64,000 bases of DNA, taken from NCBI GenBank assembly GCA_965153285.1, contig OZ229115.1; one strand, written 5' to 3'. The translations under genes and the position numbers were made by a program. Every line of letters begins with the position of its first letter. Position 1 is the stretch's first letter. This document shows positions 38,301-51,550 of the stretch, one piece after another. This DNA is from Podarcis tiliguerta (Eukaryota). The notes under the pieces were generated by a model. The model had not been told where the DNA came from. It was given only the letters and a program-made list of their open reading frames with translations, and did not search any database.

Positions 38301-40312
38301 CATATGTCCCTTTAACGGAGCAAATCAATAGCGACTCGTCAGAAAGAAAATGAGATAAACAGCAGCTCTAATAGCATTGCCTTCCTCCCCCATGGTTACA
38401 AATTCCAGAATTGGAGCAGAGCAACAGGGCCGCCGGGATGGATGCAGTGAAACATGCTATAATTTCAGGAACTCAGGCCTCCGACATTTGCCTGGTTTTT
38501 TAAAAAATAACGTTCTTTATATAATCACCATTGATCTTAATGAGTCGAGGGACAGGGATAAAAAGTTTAGATAGCTGAGTTATTCAGTGCTAGAAAATGG
38601 GTGAAGTAGAGTATCTGCTACAAAATGTCGCATGCTTAGTCAAGAGGAGAACAGCTGAAGGATGAAACCAAAGATTTTGTGGGGAAAGTGGGCTTTCAGG
38701 AGAGAGTTTGTGTTTTTTGGTGTGTACGGTTCGTAATTACACTTTTCTGTTCAGTTCAATGATACGTATTACTCTAAACTACTGTTATAATGACTTTAGA
38801 GATAAGCAGCAAGTTTGCTTAGCTGAAAACACACACACACGGCGGGGGGGGCGGAGGTCTGTTGCTGGGCTATACCATTCCAGACTGCAGGTGGGGAATC
38901 AAATGTTTAAATCCCCACTACCCCAAATCAAATAAATAAAATTTGCTGAACATTGCACACCAGAGAAAAGGCAAGAACTGCAGTGACAGAGACTGGGAAA
39001 AGATGCAGTTAAAATGAATTTTGTAAAAATGAGTTTCAGAGAAAAATGGGTCGATACCATTCAGCAAACTGCGCTAATGATATTAGCCTAATGAGGCCTG
39101 CCCTATCCTCTGAATTTTCAGCCTACCCTTTCAGAGTCTCTAATAGTCTAATTCAAAGCAGAGGCATGCTACACTCTTTCTCAACCCATGTTTGTATATG
39201 GGTAGAGAAAGAGTGTAGCATAGGCGGGGCTGTGTCAAACAATTTTTGAGATGAAAACAAAGGATATGGTAGGATCACAAGATGGCCATATATCATATAA
39301 CGATTGAGAGGAAACGTTACCTTGAGGAGATTCTGTCACCTGAAATATGGTCATAGAAATGGGCTTATACTTCTTCATCCACCAAGGAGTCAGAAATTGT
39401 ATTTGCTGTGGTTTCAACTGACAGGCTTTTTAAAAGTTCCCTCATCTAGGATGCTGCCAAAGTTGTGGTTGCACAAGCCAGCCTATATCAGTCACATGAG
39501 TCTCCTGGCCTATTGGATAGGATGATTGTACTCTTCCTCTTTTTTAAAGTATAAAGTTTAGGTTCAGTTTCCTCAAAATCTCTGTTGCCTTTTTAGGAAA
39601 TGTACTTAAAAACTGATATTTTTCCAAAGCTTCACATTTTCAAGCTGTTTTCAGCCAGATTGGTAGCAAGCGCTACTTTTGGGTGGGTGAAAAGAGGCTG
39701 TTGAAAAGTTATATATATATATACATTTTCAATTTTAATCTGAGCCAAAAGAGCAGCATTGGTTGCGAAAAGTCAGGCACTGCAAAAATGGAATGACAAA
39801 ACCAAACCAGGCACTTCTCTGGTGTATAGTTAGTGCCACATGGCAGATTGAGGCCGTCTGCTCAGGAGAAGCAATGGGGAGTGATGGTGATGCACCGTCA
39901 ACAAAGTTTCATGTGCCACATAACCTGCCCAGCACTCCCTAAGTTAGCTTGTTGCCCTCAGGTGTGGCAGAGGATGATTTCCTGTCAGCAGTAATGAAGT
40001 AAGAGTCAAATGCAAGAGTCCAGTCAGCTTTTGTATGTGGAATGGGGTGAGGGTGGGGTCACCATTTCGTCTTTCTCCTCAGGCAGCAAAATATATTTGG
40101 CCCAGCCCTGGTTAGTAGACTTCCCTGAGGAGCTGAAGGTGGCATTTGTGGTTCCTTCCCGCAATGACCCGATGAGATAGGGTAGCCTGAGAGACAGAAA
40201 GCTGATCTGCACAACACAGTAAGCCAGACTCTGGTTTAGTGCCACTGTGAGAATGTGCAGGCTCTCATGAAGGAACGTGCAGCTGCCTTGATTACAGCTT
40301 CATGCCTAGTGA

Positions 40313-40450
40313 GGAGCCCTGTTTAGGGAAGTTTTTAATGTTTGAAGTTTTATCCTGTTTTTAGTCCTCTGTTGGGAGCCACGCAGAGTTGCTGGGGAGG
40401 CCTAGCCAAATGGGTAGGGAAAGATAATAATATCATCATCATCATTATTA
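40313..40450 (+). mobile_element. L2 extreme 3' fragment
   Basis: gccctgtttagggaagtttttaatg...gttgggagccacgcagagttgctgggga...atgggtagg. Confidence 0.7.
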
Positions 40451-40611
40451 TGATTAACTTAACCATGAGTCTCACTTTAGAAGGCACACTAAGCCAAACC
40501 TTGGCTCAGCACAGCAGTAAAAAGGACTAAGCAGGAGCAAAGTTGTTGCCAGCTCCTCTCTGGGAGCTAGGTCATAGTCTCACTAAACCATAGCTTGATT
40601 TACTAGCTATA

Positions 40612-40979
40612 CCAGTATACCTGAAGGAGCATCTCCACCCCCATCGTTCTGCCCGGACACTGAGGTCCAGCTCCGAGGGCCTTCTGGTGGTTCCCTCACT
40701 GCGAGAGGCAGAAGGGAACCAGGCAGAGGGAACCAGGGAACCAGGCAGAGGGCCTTCTCGGTAGTGGCGCCCGCCCTGTGGAACGCCCTCCCATCAGATG
40801 TCAAAGCGATAAACAACGACCTGACATTCAGAAGACATCTGAAGGCAGCCCTGTTCAGGGAAGTTTTTAATATGTGACATTTTAGTGTATTTTTCATCTT
40901 TGTTGGAAGCCGCCCAGAGTGGCTGGGGAAACCCAGCCAGATGGGCGCGGTACAAATAATAAATTATTATTATTATTAT

Positions 40980-41011
<32 letters not shown>
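40612..41011 (+). mobile_element. L2 LINE 3' end with (TAT)n(TAC)n tail
   Basis: Encodes PVYLKEHLHPHRSARTLRSSSEGLLVVPSLRE...RAFSVVAPALWNALPSDVK...LFREVF; local expansion of agggaaccagg at about 40713-40752. Confidence 0.88.
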
Positions 41012-41026
41012 TGATTTGTGAACCAG

Positions 41027-41622
41027 TGTCCTGGTCTACCTGGTGACAAGTCAGTAAGTCAAGTCCTAAATTTAAAATCCAGGGGACAATCCATGCAAGC
41101 AAAGACCAAAGTCGAAAGGTCAGGAAACACAGCCCAGGGTCAGTGCAAGTAAGCCAAACCTGAAGTCCAGCAGTCAGGACACAGTCCGGAGTCAAGCCCA
41201 AAGCACAGTCCCATGGAGGTCCAGGAGAATCCAAGCCAAGGTGCATCAACAAGGGCAGTTGAGCAGAACCCAAACCTCAGCTCTGCTTCCTTTTTGCATG
41301 CTGATTGCAGCAGCTGGGCTTGATGAGGCAGGGGACCTTCACCTGTTCCAAGCCTACTCCAGCTGAGGAATCACACACCTCCTCACAGAACTAGCGAGCC
41401 CCACCTGGCCAGCTAGGGAGCTGGGCTGTGTGCCCTTGCCTGTCTTAGCCTCCTGGAACACCCCACCCACTGTTCCCTACACCACAGAGCCCCCTCTATC
41501 TCTGGTGATGGGTCCTGTTGTTCTGGTTCCTTGCACTGAACCGCATCCCCTCGCCAACCTGTGAGTATGTCCTTCCTCATCCCCTGTCCTCCTCTGAAGG
41601 GGGTGGCTGGAAGTCCAAAACA
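41027..41622 (-). mobile_element. Possible solo LTR (Ty3/Gypsy-like)
   Basis: About 600 bp bounded by tgtcctgg...ccaaaaca (imperfect TG..CA inverted ends), with strand-biased composition; no clean TSD. Confidence 0.4.
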
Positions 41623-41698
41623 CTCACAAACCCATAGTTTTAATTGGACTGTGCTGCAGGGAAAGAATGAGGAAGAGGTTGGGGAAGTAAATGAAAAT

Positions 41699-41783
41699 TA
41701 TATATATATATATTACACACACATACACACACACACATATATATACACACATACATACATACATACCTAAATATATATGTACA
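41699..41783. repeat. Compound (TA)/(CA)/(TACA) microsatellite
   Basis: Direct reading. Confidence 0.9.
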
Positions 41784-43624
41784 TAGCTTAAGTTAACTGG
41801 TTTACAAGTATGTACTAAGGTGAATAAGAATAAACTTGAAAGACATTTTGGGGATTATTTTATAAAAGAAAATTGTTGGAAAATGCAAACTAAAACATGA
41901 ATCCTTTGAATTTCAGCTCCACAGCTTTGTACCAGCCTCATCTATTCTGACTTACAGATGGCCCTAAGGAGTTGACTGTGGCTTATTCACATTGTGATAA
42001 ATGGAACTACAGCACAATGCAATGATGAGACTTGCATCTCTCAGCACCAGCTCTTCTGTCTTCCAAATAGGTTTTCTTCAATAGGGAGAAAGAGTGCCTA
42101 AAAGTAGCCCTGACTTCCATTCATAAAGTGAGGCTTGGATGATGCTTTCAAAATTGATCCTGGGTTTGGGGAACAAGGACTAGGGCAGGGTGAGCAACTC
42201 TCAGTCTAGGCCTGCAGCCAGATTTCATTAAGCCTTCTGGCTCCCAACCCACCAACTGCACCTCAGCAGAGAGTGCGAAAAAGGCTTTGATGTTGTGCAA
42301 ACTGTGCACATTGCGGCACCTTACTCTGCAAAAAAGATCTGCTGGGGGGGGGGGCGGAATGGAAGGGAAAATTTCTCAGAAATTTCTGTTCCTTGGAAAC
42401 ATGCAAGAAGCTGTAAACTTCTGCAACTGCATGTATGCAATTTTCAGAAGGCAACTGTATTATAGTTCCTGCCTTTGTTCGAATAGCTGTAACTCAGGAC
42501 TTGCAGTTTAGCTGTGCACCGACCTCACTGGCATTCTTCTGCTGGGATTGCCAAGTCTCTTTGCCTTTTGTAGGGTCAAAACTTGGAGGACGCTGCCCTA
42601 TACTGAGTCACACTACATGTCAATCACTATATTGTCTACGTGGACTAGCAGTGGCTCCTCCCAGTCCTACCTGTAGATGTTTGGGATTAAACCTAGAACT
42701 TTTTGCAGGCGAAACGTGCTCTACCCTTGACCTATGTCCCTTTCCCAAAGAGAAAGTACCCTATACATAAAGGGTATTGGTGAGCTTCTTCTTCTTCTTA
42801 AAAACAAAAACACTTTTCTTCCATTGAAGAAAATGCTAGATAAAGCTTGAGAGGAGTTACTAAGAATGAAAACATGTGCATCTTTTTCTTTGGGAAATAG
42901 CTTTGTGGGTCTTACTATTTGATGGTTTGGCTTTGCCAACTTCTGAAACGCAACCCTCAACAGCACTGGAGTAAAGTGGCCATTGATCTGTTAAAGGTTC
43001 TCCACCTACGGGCTAGAAAGTTGCAGGGTAAAGAGCAAACTGAGGAAAGGAAGTGGATTCGTCCTTTTGTACAACACATGGACTTCACAGCAACGGTGTT
43101 AAGTACCGGTTGTCTTAGTGTAGCATAGTGTTAAGATGACAGGGTTGTTTTATAATGGCAGAACACAGTTTAGAGCCCAGAGGTCACCTGTTCAGTGCTC
43201 TAACTCAGAGCACCCTAGTATTGGACAAGCAAGAAAGAAATGAACGAAAACAACCAAGGTGGTGGTAGAGGTGCCTGAAACGCTTTACTAAATTTACCCT
43301 AGAAATACTACTAATCCTTGCTCTGGATTTGTGATGCAGTGTAATTCGGGTAGTATGGATTTATATGGGTAGGCCAGCCTTCTCAACTTGGTGCACTTGA
43401 GCTGTTTTGCACTTCAAATCCCACCAGCTTCTCTGGTTGCTTCCCCACCGACTTCAATCTGCCCTTACCCAGCCCTGGCTGCCTGCCCTACATCCAATCC
43501 AGGGAGTGACACTGGCTGTTGGCTTCCTCTTCCATAGTCTAATATTGGCACTATAAAATTCAGGAGGGAGGAAGTTAGGGGCAAATTAGTTGGTTCTGTC
43601 TGCCATTGGTTCTGGTTCCACCTA

Positions 43625-43751
43625 CAGCCTCACTCACCTCACAGAGTGTTTGTTGTGGGGGAGGAAGAGAAAGGAGAATGTTAGCCGCTTTGAGACTCCT
43701 TAGGGTAGTGATAAAGCGGGATATCAAATCCAAAACTCTTCTTCTTCTTCT
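43625..43751 (+). mobile_element. Squam3-like SINE, 3' half
   Basis: Matches 30575-30694; (CTT)n tail; ctacag on both sides may be a TSD or microhomology. Confidence 0.82.
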
Positions 43752-46700
43752 ACAGTTGGCCTCTCTGGCATCTATCTGCTCTACTAGTTTCCACAGGCAG
43801 CAACCACCACCACTGGTTCTAAGGACAGAAAAATAATAGTTGTCTACTTTTGTATTTTCAAAAGGGACACACACATAGACTCAAGGTTCATAAAAGAGGA
43901 GAAAACAGCTGATGGGGAGAGGGCTGGAAGTAGCCTTTTTGTAGAGATGAGCCTAATTTGCTGCAAATAATTATTGTCAAGACCCTTATTTGTATTTTAA
44001 TGGCAAAGATTCTCTGTGAATGTTTTTTTTATTTTGATATGCAGCATTTTGACATCAATGGTTTTCAACTGCAGTTCATTTTAACAGTACATGATGAACA
44101 ATTTGAAATAGGATTTAGGAAGTTCTCTATTTGTTCCAGTCATTTGTTTAAATCACCTTAGTTGAATGACTTTCCAGTCTGAATTATGGGATTAAGTTTT
44201 GATTCTCAGAACGCAGGTTTTGGAACAGTTCAAAAACTTCATTTTAGCTCTACTACTTTGACAGGTTTCTGAAAACATCTATATAACTGCATAATATCAG
44301 AGTGTTCTACTTTTATAACAACCTCAGCTACTCCGCACACTTTTTTAAAGGCCACACAATAGTTGGGAGAGAATAGGTTAGAGAATGTGTGTGATGCTTG
44401 TTTCTGGCTGTATCCAATAGGTGCCTGAGCCAGAAATAAATTTCTCATGGCATTATATCGCACCAATTGCATTTGGCTGGCAACCACAACCAGCAAGGCC
44501 AATTCCAGCAACATTGCAGTGAGCACAGGACAGTCACTCTTGAATTAGCTGAATCGGGTCAATTAAACCAGCCCTACGCTTACTGCACAGGCACTCAAAG
44601 TGAGTTGCAGACTGTTGCAGACTCAAAGTGAGTAATGGTGACCTAAACCAAGGTTTCGTCACCACTGGCAATCATCCCTATCCTCTGGAAGTGGCCTACT
44701 GGGTGTTAAATGTGTTTTTGTTCTCCTGTTGTTTTACCACCACGCTGCACTTGCCAAAGATGGATGCAAGCTGTTACATAAGTACGCCCATCAGAATTCT
44801 TCCAGCCCTTTGACAGTGATATCCACGGTGCTAGTGTGCCATCTAGGGGCTACACTGCACACATAACCTTCAGCAGGAAGGGGTATTCTCCAAGACCTTT
44901 ACAATTTGGTTTTTACAATCAACTCCCTCAAGAGGAGAAAAAGGAGCCTGTTGCTGGAAGACAAACCCCTCTCCACCTGTAGAGGCTCATTGCTCATTAA
45001 TACTTGAGCCTCGCCGTTCAGTGAGGTTTGCACAGAGGCCACACACTGTTTAGGGAGACAACATTAAACTCCAGAAGCCAGAAATTAAGGACGAGAAAAA
45101 TGGCTCTAATGCAGCATCCAATTATCTTTAAGCCACCAAAGGATTAAGGCAAGAATCAGATAAACACAAAACTACTAGAATAAGGAATGTTATTAAGGAA
45201 ACCCCAGGGAGGAAGCGATTGTTTTCCATTGCGCTCTCTCCCCCCTCTCCAAAGGCCCAGATCTTTAATCTTGGCTGCACCAGCCTGCAGAGTTAATTTT
45301 TAAATATGCTTGGTGAACTGAGGCTATTAAATATTCATGGTTTTATCTTCAATAAGTTTGGGTTCTTCCCCCCTCACCAAAACTAGTTTAGCTGTATATT
45401 TTATTTGTGATTACAAGCTGTCTGCTCTACTTAAAAGCAGAAGGAGCTGATTACATAATTCCTATTCACACATGATTTTGGACCCCCGCTCCCTAGTTCC
45501 CATGTAGCATGAATGCCTGTATTTTTGTAATCGCGCCATGCTAATTATTTATTATTATTTATTAATTAAATTTGTATACTGCCCTATACCTGCAGGTCTC
45601 AGGTTTACAGGATACTGTATTAATAAAGGATACTAATGAAGTCAAAATGGCAGATTTCATGCTGGTACTGCCAAAAGTGCTTTTGCCAGGACATATTTGC
45701 AGGTAGAACGGATGGATTTTAATTTTATTCTGCTTTCATAGGAAAGCAGGTATTTCTAACAACAACCCCAGGTGGTCTTGTTGCAAGATTCTGTAATCAT
45801 TAGTTTATAATTAAGACATTTTGGTTTGCATCTGATGTTGCACCAGTGGGGTTTCAGTCACACAACAGGACTTGTTTTCCTCTCCTCCCCACATGCACCC
45901 CCTAAATCTGCTCCAGAGGGCCCCCCAACCTTCTGGAGCCAATCTTGAGGGTGCATATGGGGCAGGAAAGGAAAAGGAAGCTCTGTTGCATGTGTCAGCA
46001 GAGCTGCAGCACTGGATATGGCCCGTTGATTTTCAGTTTCAAAATACTGATTTAAAACCCCAGCATGGATCTTTGTTCAGTGGGATTCAGCTATACTGGC
46101 AAGTATGGTTCTGATTGGAACTAAGCTCCTTGCCTGGACAAGACATACTCAGATTGCAAGGATGCCTGTGAAAAAGGCAAACACCACCCCCCCTTCTGGC
46201 AAAAGCTCTGAGTAAGCAGGGCTGCAGCCAACTCTTAGTGAATAGAGGCTGTTTCGACAGCTGGCAGCAAAGCTGGAGCCTGTGCCCTTCTGGAAAAGCA
46301 TAGTTCTGGCCAAGGCAGTCTGAAATTTGCTGCAGCTGAGAAACTGTCCTGTGGGTGACGGTATTTAGCTCTGCAGCAGCAGGAACAGCTAAGAGAAAAG
46401 TAGGGCAAAAGTTTTCCCTCCTACTAGAAGTGGCATCAGGCCAAGTGCGTGACTTGAATATCAAACGTGAGTCAACCATCACTCCCTGCAGCTGGGGTGC
46501 CCAGTGCACGTTTTTCCAGGGCTCATACAGGTGTAGCCTGCTGGTTTAGCAGGTAGCAAAGATAGGATCTTACTACCAAGAAAGGGCAGAAAAGGGTGGA
46601 GCAAGTCAAAGGCTTGGAGCATCAAGCAAGCAACACGGCAAAGGAGAATGGGAAGCCAGGATTTGTTTTTTTGGGGGGAAGGCTTTATGTTAGGGGGGCA

Positions 46701-46934
46701 GAACTGAGTTATCCGCAATGTAATTGGGTCAGTTAGTTATGTATTTTATTTATATACTTGATGGGGGGGCAGCTGCCCTCCCTGCATCCATCCTGGCTAC
46801 GCCCACGATGGAAGCACAAACATCGTCATCAGAAAAAAAGACTATCATAATGAATTCTAAACCAGTGCCAGTGCATTCCTGCAAGCTAGTAGAAAATGGT
46901 GGAAATGTACTGGAAACTGTATTTAATACTAATA

Positions 46935-47170
46935 CAGTGGTGCCTTGGTTCCCGAACAGCTTGGCTCCCAATCAAATCGGCTCCCAAATGTCACATACCC
47001 GGAGGTGTTCCGGTTTGCAACTGTTTTTTGGAAGCCGCATGTCCCTTTCGGCTATCGGCATTGTTTCAAGGTCCAGTCAGCCAACCAGAAGCCATGCCTT
47101 GGTTTGCAAACGTTTTGGAAGTTGAACGGAGTTCCAGAATGGATTGCGTTTGGGAACCAAGGTACCACTG
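46935..47170. mobile_element. Tigger-like MITE, third family
   Basis: TA|cagtggtgccttggttcccgaac ... gtttgggaaccaaggtaccactg|TA. Confidence 0.9.
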
Positions 47171-47207
47171 TAGTTGGCATTTCATAAAGTGTTTAAAAGT
47201 GCATTGT

Positions 47208-48684
47208 GTTGTTGTTTAGTCAGGTACTCCTATCTTCCACTGCCTCCCGCAGTTTGGCCAAACTCATGTTCGCAGCTTCGAGAACACTGTCCAACCATCT
47301 CATCCTCTGTTGTCTCCTTCTCCTTGTGCCCTCCATCTTTCTCAACATCAAGGTCTTTTCCAGGGAGTCTTCTCTTCTCACGAGGTGGCCAAAGTATTGG
47401 AGCCTCAGCTTCAGGATCTGTACTTCCAGTGAGCACTCAGTGCTGATTTCCTTAAGAATGGATACGTTTGATCTTCTTGCAGTCCATGGGACTCTCAAGA
47501 GTCTCCTCCAGCATCATAATTCAAAAGCATCAATTCTTCGGCGATCAGCCTTCTTTATGGTCCAGCTCTCACTTCCATACATCACTACTGGGAAAACCAT
47601 AGCTTTTACTATACGGACCTTTGTTGGCAAGGTGTAGCTTCTTGTCCTACATAGAGATTTCTCAGGAGACAGATGAGGTGATCAGGCACTCCCATTTCTT
47701 TAAGAACTTGCCATAGTTTGCTGTGGTCGACACAAAGGCTTTTGCATAGTCAATGAAGCAGAAGTAGATGTCTGTCTGGAACTCTCTAGCTTTCTCCATA
47801 ATCCAGCGCATGTTTGCAATTTGGTCTCTGGTTCCTCTGCCTCTTCTAAATCCAGCTTGCACTTCTGGGAGTTCTCGGTCCACATACTGCTTGAGCCTTC
47901 CTTGTAGAATTTTAAGCATAACCTTGCTAGCATGTGAAATGAGTGAAATTGTCAATTTCAGTTTCTTCAGCGCCAGTAGTTGGTGCATAAACTTGGATTA
48001 CTGTGATGTGAAAAGGTCTGCCTTGGATTCGTATCGAGATCATTCTATCATTTTTGAGATTGCATCCCAGTACAGCTTTCGCCACTCTTTTGTTGACTAT
48101 GAGGGCCACTCCATTTCTTTTACGGGTTTCTTGCCCACAGTAGTAGATATGATAGTCATCCGAACTGAATTCGCCCATTCCCGTCCATTTTAGTTCACTG
48201 ATGCCCAGGATGTCAATATTTATTCTTGCCGTCTCATTTTTGACCACATCCAACTTACCCAGGTTCATGGTTCTTACATTCCAGGTTCCTATGCAATATT
48301 TTTCTTTACAGCATTGGACTTTCCTTTCGCTTCCATGCATATCCGCAACTGCGTGTCCTTTCGGCTTTGGCCCAGCCGCTTCATCAGCTCTGGATCTACT
48401 TGTACTTGTCCTCCGCTCTTCCCCAGTAGCATGTTGGACACCTTCCAACCTGAGGGGCTCATCTTCCAGCGCCATAACTTTTATATGCCTGTTGTCTTTG
48501 TCCATGGAGTTTTCTTGGCAGGGATACTGGAGTGGTTTGCCGGTTCCTCCTCCAGGTGGATCATGTTTGGTCAAAACTCTCCACTATGACCTGCTCATCT
48601 TGGGTGCCCTGCTCGGCATAGTTCATAGCTTCTCTGAGTTATTCAAGCCCCTTCGCCACGGCAAGACAGTGATCCATGAAGGGG
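47208..48684 (-). mobile_element. Bov-B (RTE-clade LINE), both termini present, internally deleted
   Basis: APE endonuclease ORF (IGTWNVRTMNLGKLDVVK...ILGISELKWTGMGEF...VIQVYAPT), RT segment (ISHASKVMLKILQGRL...QAGFRRGRGTRDQIAN...CFIDYAKAF), C-terminus (LRLQYFGHLVRREDSLEKTLML), GACTAAACAACAAC tail; 12-bp TSD aaagtgcattgt at 47196-47207 and 48685-48696. Confidence 0.95.
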
Positions 48685-49395
48685 AAAGTGCATTGTATTC
48701 AGCCTTAATTCTGAAAGGAAAGTCAACCTCCGTATTGCAGAAGGGAACCTGAGAGTGAGAGAACAGCAGCATGCGCAATGTCCCCTCAACAATATGGTTG
48801 AGATGAAATCTGAACCAGGAATTCTCTGAGTCACAAAACCACACTCCCTTAGCCACTAAACCACTTTGATATGTCACCTTAAAATGCAATTTTAAAAGCA
48901 TTTGTGTCTCTTGACTTTGGCATTTGTACATTTATACATTTGGTTTACAAAAGCTCAGGACAGTATCTTATTAAAAGCACATGTAATATCTGCAGAAGTT
49001 AGCATTTTGATATTTACTTTTTAAAAACAGTCTTGCCAGAACTCGTCGCATGTTTGAATGTGGATTGTTTTATTTCTTCTCTGCCCTTCGCCGTAAGGTC
49101 CCTGTGCAAAAGTGCAGTATTAACATTAGCTAAAACAATTTACAATCAAATTAATAAGGTGGATTCTTAAAACATAGCAAAGACCATGGTAAAGATGTGC
49201 ATCCTCAAATTATGACAAAAACTATACAATGCAGGTGCAAGATACACTTCTGTGGGGGGGGGGAATACCACATCTTAGCTCCCCCATACCCCTTCTAAAG
49301 GTGCTAGAACTGCCAAGGCAGCCTCTCTGCTGATATTAAAACTCGAGAGTGTCTGTATGAGAGGTGGCAATCACATAATCTAGTATGAGGTATGG

Positions 49396-49499
49396 TGACC
49401 AAACTGCAGGAGGCAGTGGAAGACAGGAGTGCCTGGCGTGCTCTGGTCCATGGGGTCACGAAGAGTTGGACACGACTAAACGACTAAACAACAACAACA
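49396..49499 (+). mobile_element. Bov-B extreme 3' fragment
   Basis: Close match to 35235-35332 (ggaggcagtggaagacaggagtgcctggcgtgctctggtccatggggtcacgaagag...gactaaacaacaac). Confidence 0.9.
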
Positions 49500-51544
49500 T
49501 GCTGGATAATCTCTGAACAATTAACAAAACACTAGTTTTGACACATATAATCGAATGTATCTATGGTTCTTACCTTTATCAACCAACACCACCAAGACTG
49601 GTAGTATGCTAAGTCTAATAGATTAACCCTCTGGAGTTACCAAAATGGCCCTGGGCCAGTACAATGGGGGTTACAATCTGGAAGTAATCTTCCATCTAGA
49701 TTGAAGGGATCCCTGAAGTGGTTGTTGGAACTAGAAGTCCCTAAATTGGTACTTGAAGCTCAGCCAAAGGAGCAGGTGGACAGGTCTGTCACATATTTCA
49801 TTCACAGTTGCTCAGAAAGCTCTGCTCAAAAGTATCTTTTACTCAGGGGATTGAGTAATGGTTAAGCCATGAAGGCCATAGCTGTGTGCCCTACATTTGT
49901 TAGCCTAGGGACTTTTAACTCCCTGTGCAGATAAATGCATTTGGTGTCAGCTAAAGAGGCACAAAACATTATCTTTCCCTTGGCATACACACATTCAGGA
50001 ACTAAGTGACGCAAAAGGTGTATAGCTTGAATTCAACAGAAAATAATTTGCTGTTCAGCTGGAAAGCAGAATACTGGAACAAAGCCGTGATAGATAACAC
50101 AGTACTTAATTACAAAATTGTGAATGGCTGCCACGGCACATGCAAGCAGTTAAGTGCCAATTCTCAGATATGGGATGGCCAGTTTTGAAACATCCAAATG
50201 CCAGCTGGCAGTCTTTTTAAAATTTAGGTTTTATTGAATTCTCTTTTATGAGATTGGTTCCCCCATGTGCAGCTCTGATACTGAGAATGATGGAAGGAAG
50301 GCAGGCCGTTAAAGACTATGCAATGCTTTGGAGTTCAACTCCCATCAGCCCCAGCCAGCACAGCTGGTTGGCCCAGGTTGATGACAGCCATAGTCCAAAG
50401 TATCTGAAATACACCAAATTGGGGAAGGTTGTATGTAATACACCCTTCTGAAATCCTTTTTCAACCACTTCAGACCTCTCACAGAGAATATTCAGATTCA
50501 GTATTTTGCTTTCCTCAGATAACAGTGGCTTAATTTAATACATTTTTAAGATTAATATGGTGGGGAAATTAGTGAATTCACACAATCCCGCTTCTAACAT
50601 TCTGATATATGTTAAAACATGTAACCCATCCTTGGGTAAACGTGGAAAATGTGTTTCTTTAAATGAGATCTTTGATACCAGATGTCAAAGTGAACACAGA
50701 GCAAAGTCTGTTAGCGAAGCACAACTCAACCCACACTAAAGGCCAATTTTAGTTACATGCTGAACTGCTTCTTCCTCCACATATATTTCAAATTGAATGG
50801 CTAATTCTGCATACAACGCTGTCTTGCCCAATTAAATCTATAGTGTGAGTTGCTTTCTTGATCCAAGCTGAAGGTGTGGAGCTGCACAGCTTCATAGCAT
50901 CCATGCATCTGGGTGCTATAAGCCAGAAAATTCTTTAGGACTCTCATTTGTTGGGGTCCACATGCCAACATTACAGCAAATAGAAACTTTGGTATACACT
51001 TTCACTGGTACTCAGACGTTGGGTGCATATTGAAGTTTTATGCCTGCCTCCTGTCTTCATTTTGCTTATGAGAAGCCCTGAAAGTAATTATGGGGTAGCA
51101 ACTTATTTATAGCAACATTGACAGCCTAGTACTCATAGCCTTGCAATATGTTCATATCATTTGCAGACAATTCTTTTCAACATATGCCAGTGGCTTTAAC
51201 AGATAAGTGAAATTCCCAATGTAATTTCAAGGCTGTAGCAGCTACCTAAAGTCTCTTTTTTCATGGTGGTAGCTTATTATCATGTCACTGGAATTCAAGG
51301 CTCAGGAGTGGATAAAAATCAAGTTCAGACTCACTCTAGTTATTCAGCATGCTCAGGACAGCCACTTACAAGTTACCAACATTCCAAGGAACAGAAATAA
51401 CATTCAACAGGAACTCATTCCTTCAGTACAAGTGTAAAATATATTCATACTGGACACATGAAATGGAGTACGCACTTAGTTCTTTGTAAGACTTTCCTCT
51501 TCCTCTATATTTACCATGAAAAACCAAGGAGTTCACTGTGTCTC

Positions 51545-51550
51545 TTTATT
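51545..51550 (-). promoter_or_regulatory. Candidate distal polyadenylation signal AATAAA
   Basis: Minus strand reads ...TGTATATTTTGTATAGCATGTGTAATATG...TTGTAATATACCTTCATCC AATAAA GAGACACAGTGAACTCC TTGGTTTTTC, with upstream UGUA motifs and a downstream GU-rich tract. Confidence 0.65.

Noticed and set aside
47206-48752. Plus-strand ORFs of 141-183 aa
   Set aside because: Antisense shadows of the Bov-B ORF.
47208-49499. Inverted Bov-B pair forming long dsRNA in LRIG2 read-through transcripts
   Set aside because: The shared segment is only a few tens of bp because of the 47-nt deletion, and both copies lie beyond the likely poly(A) site.
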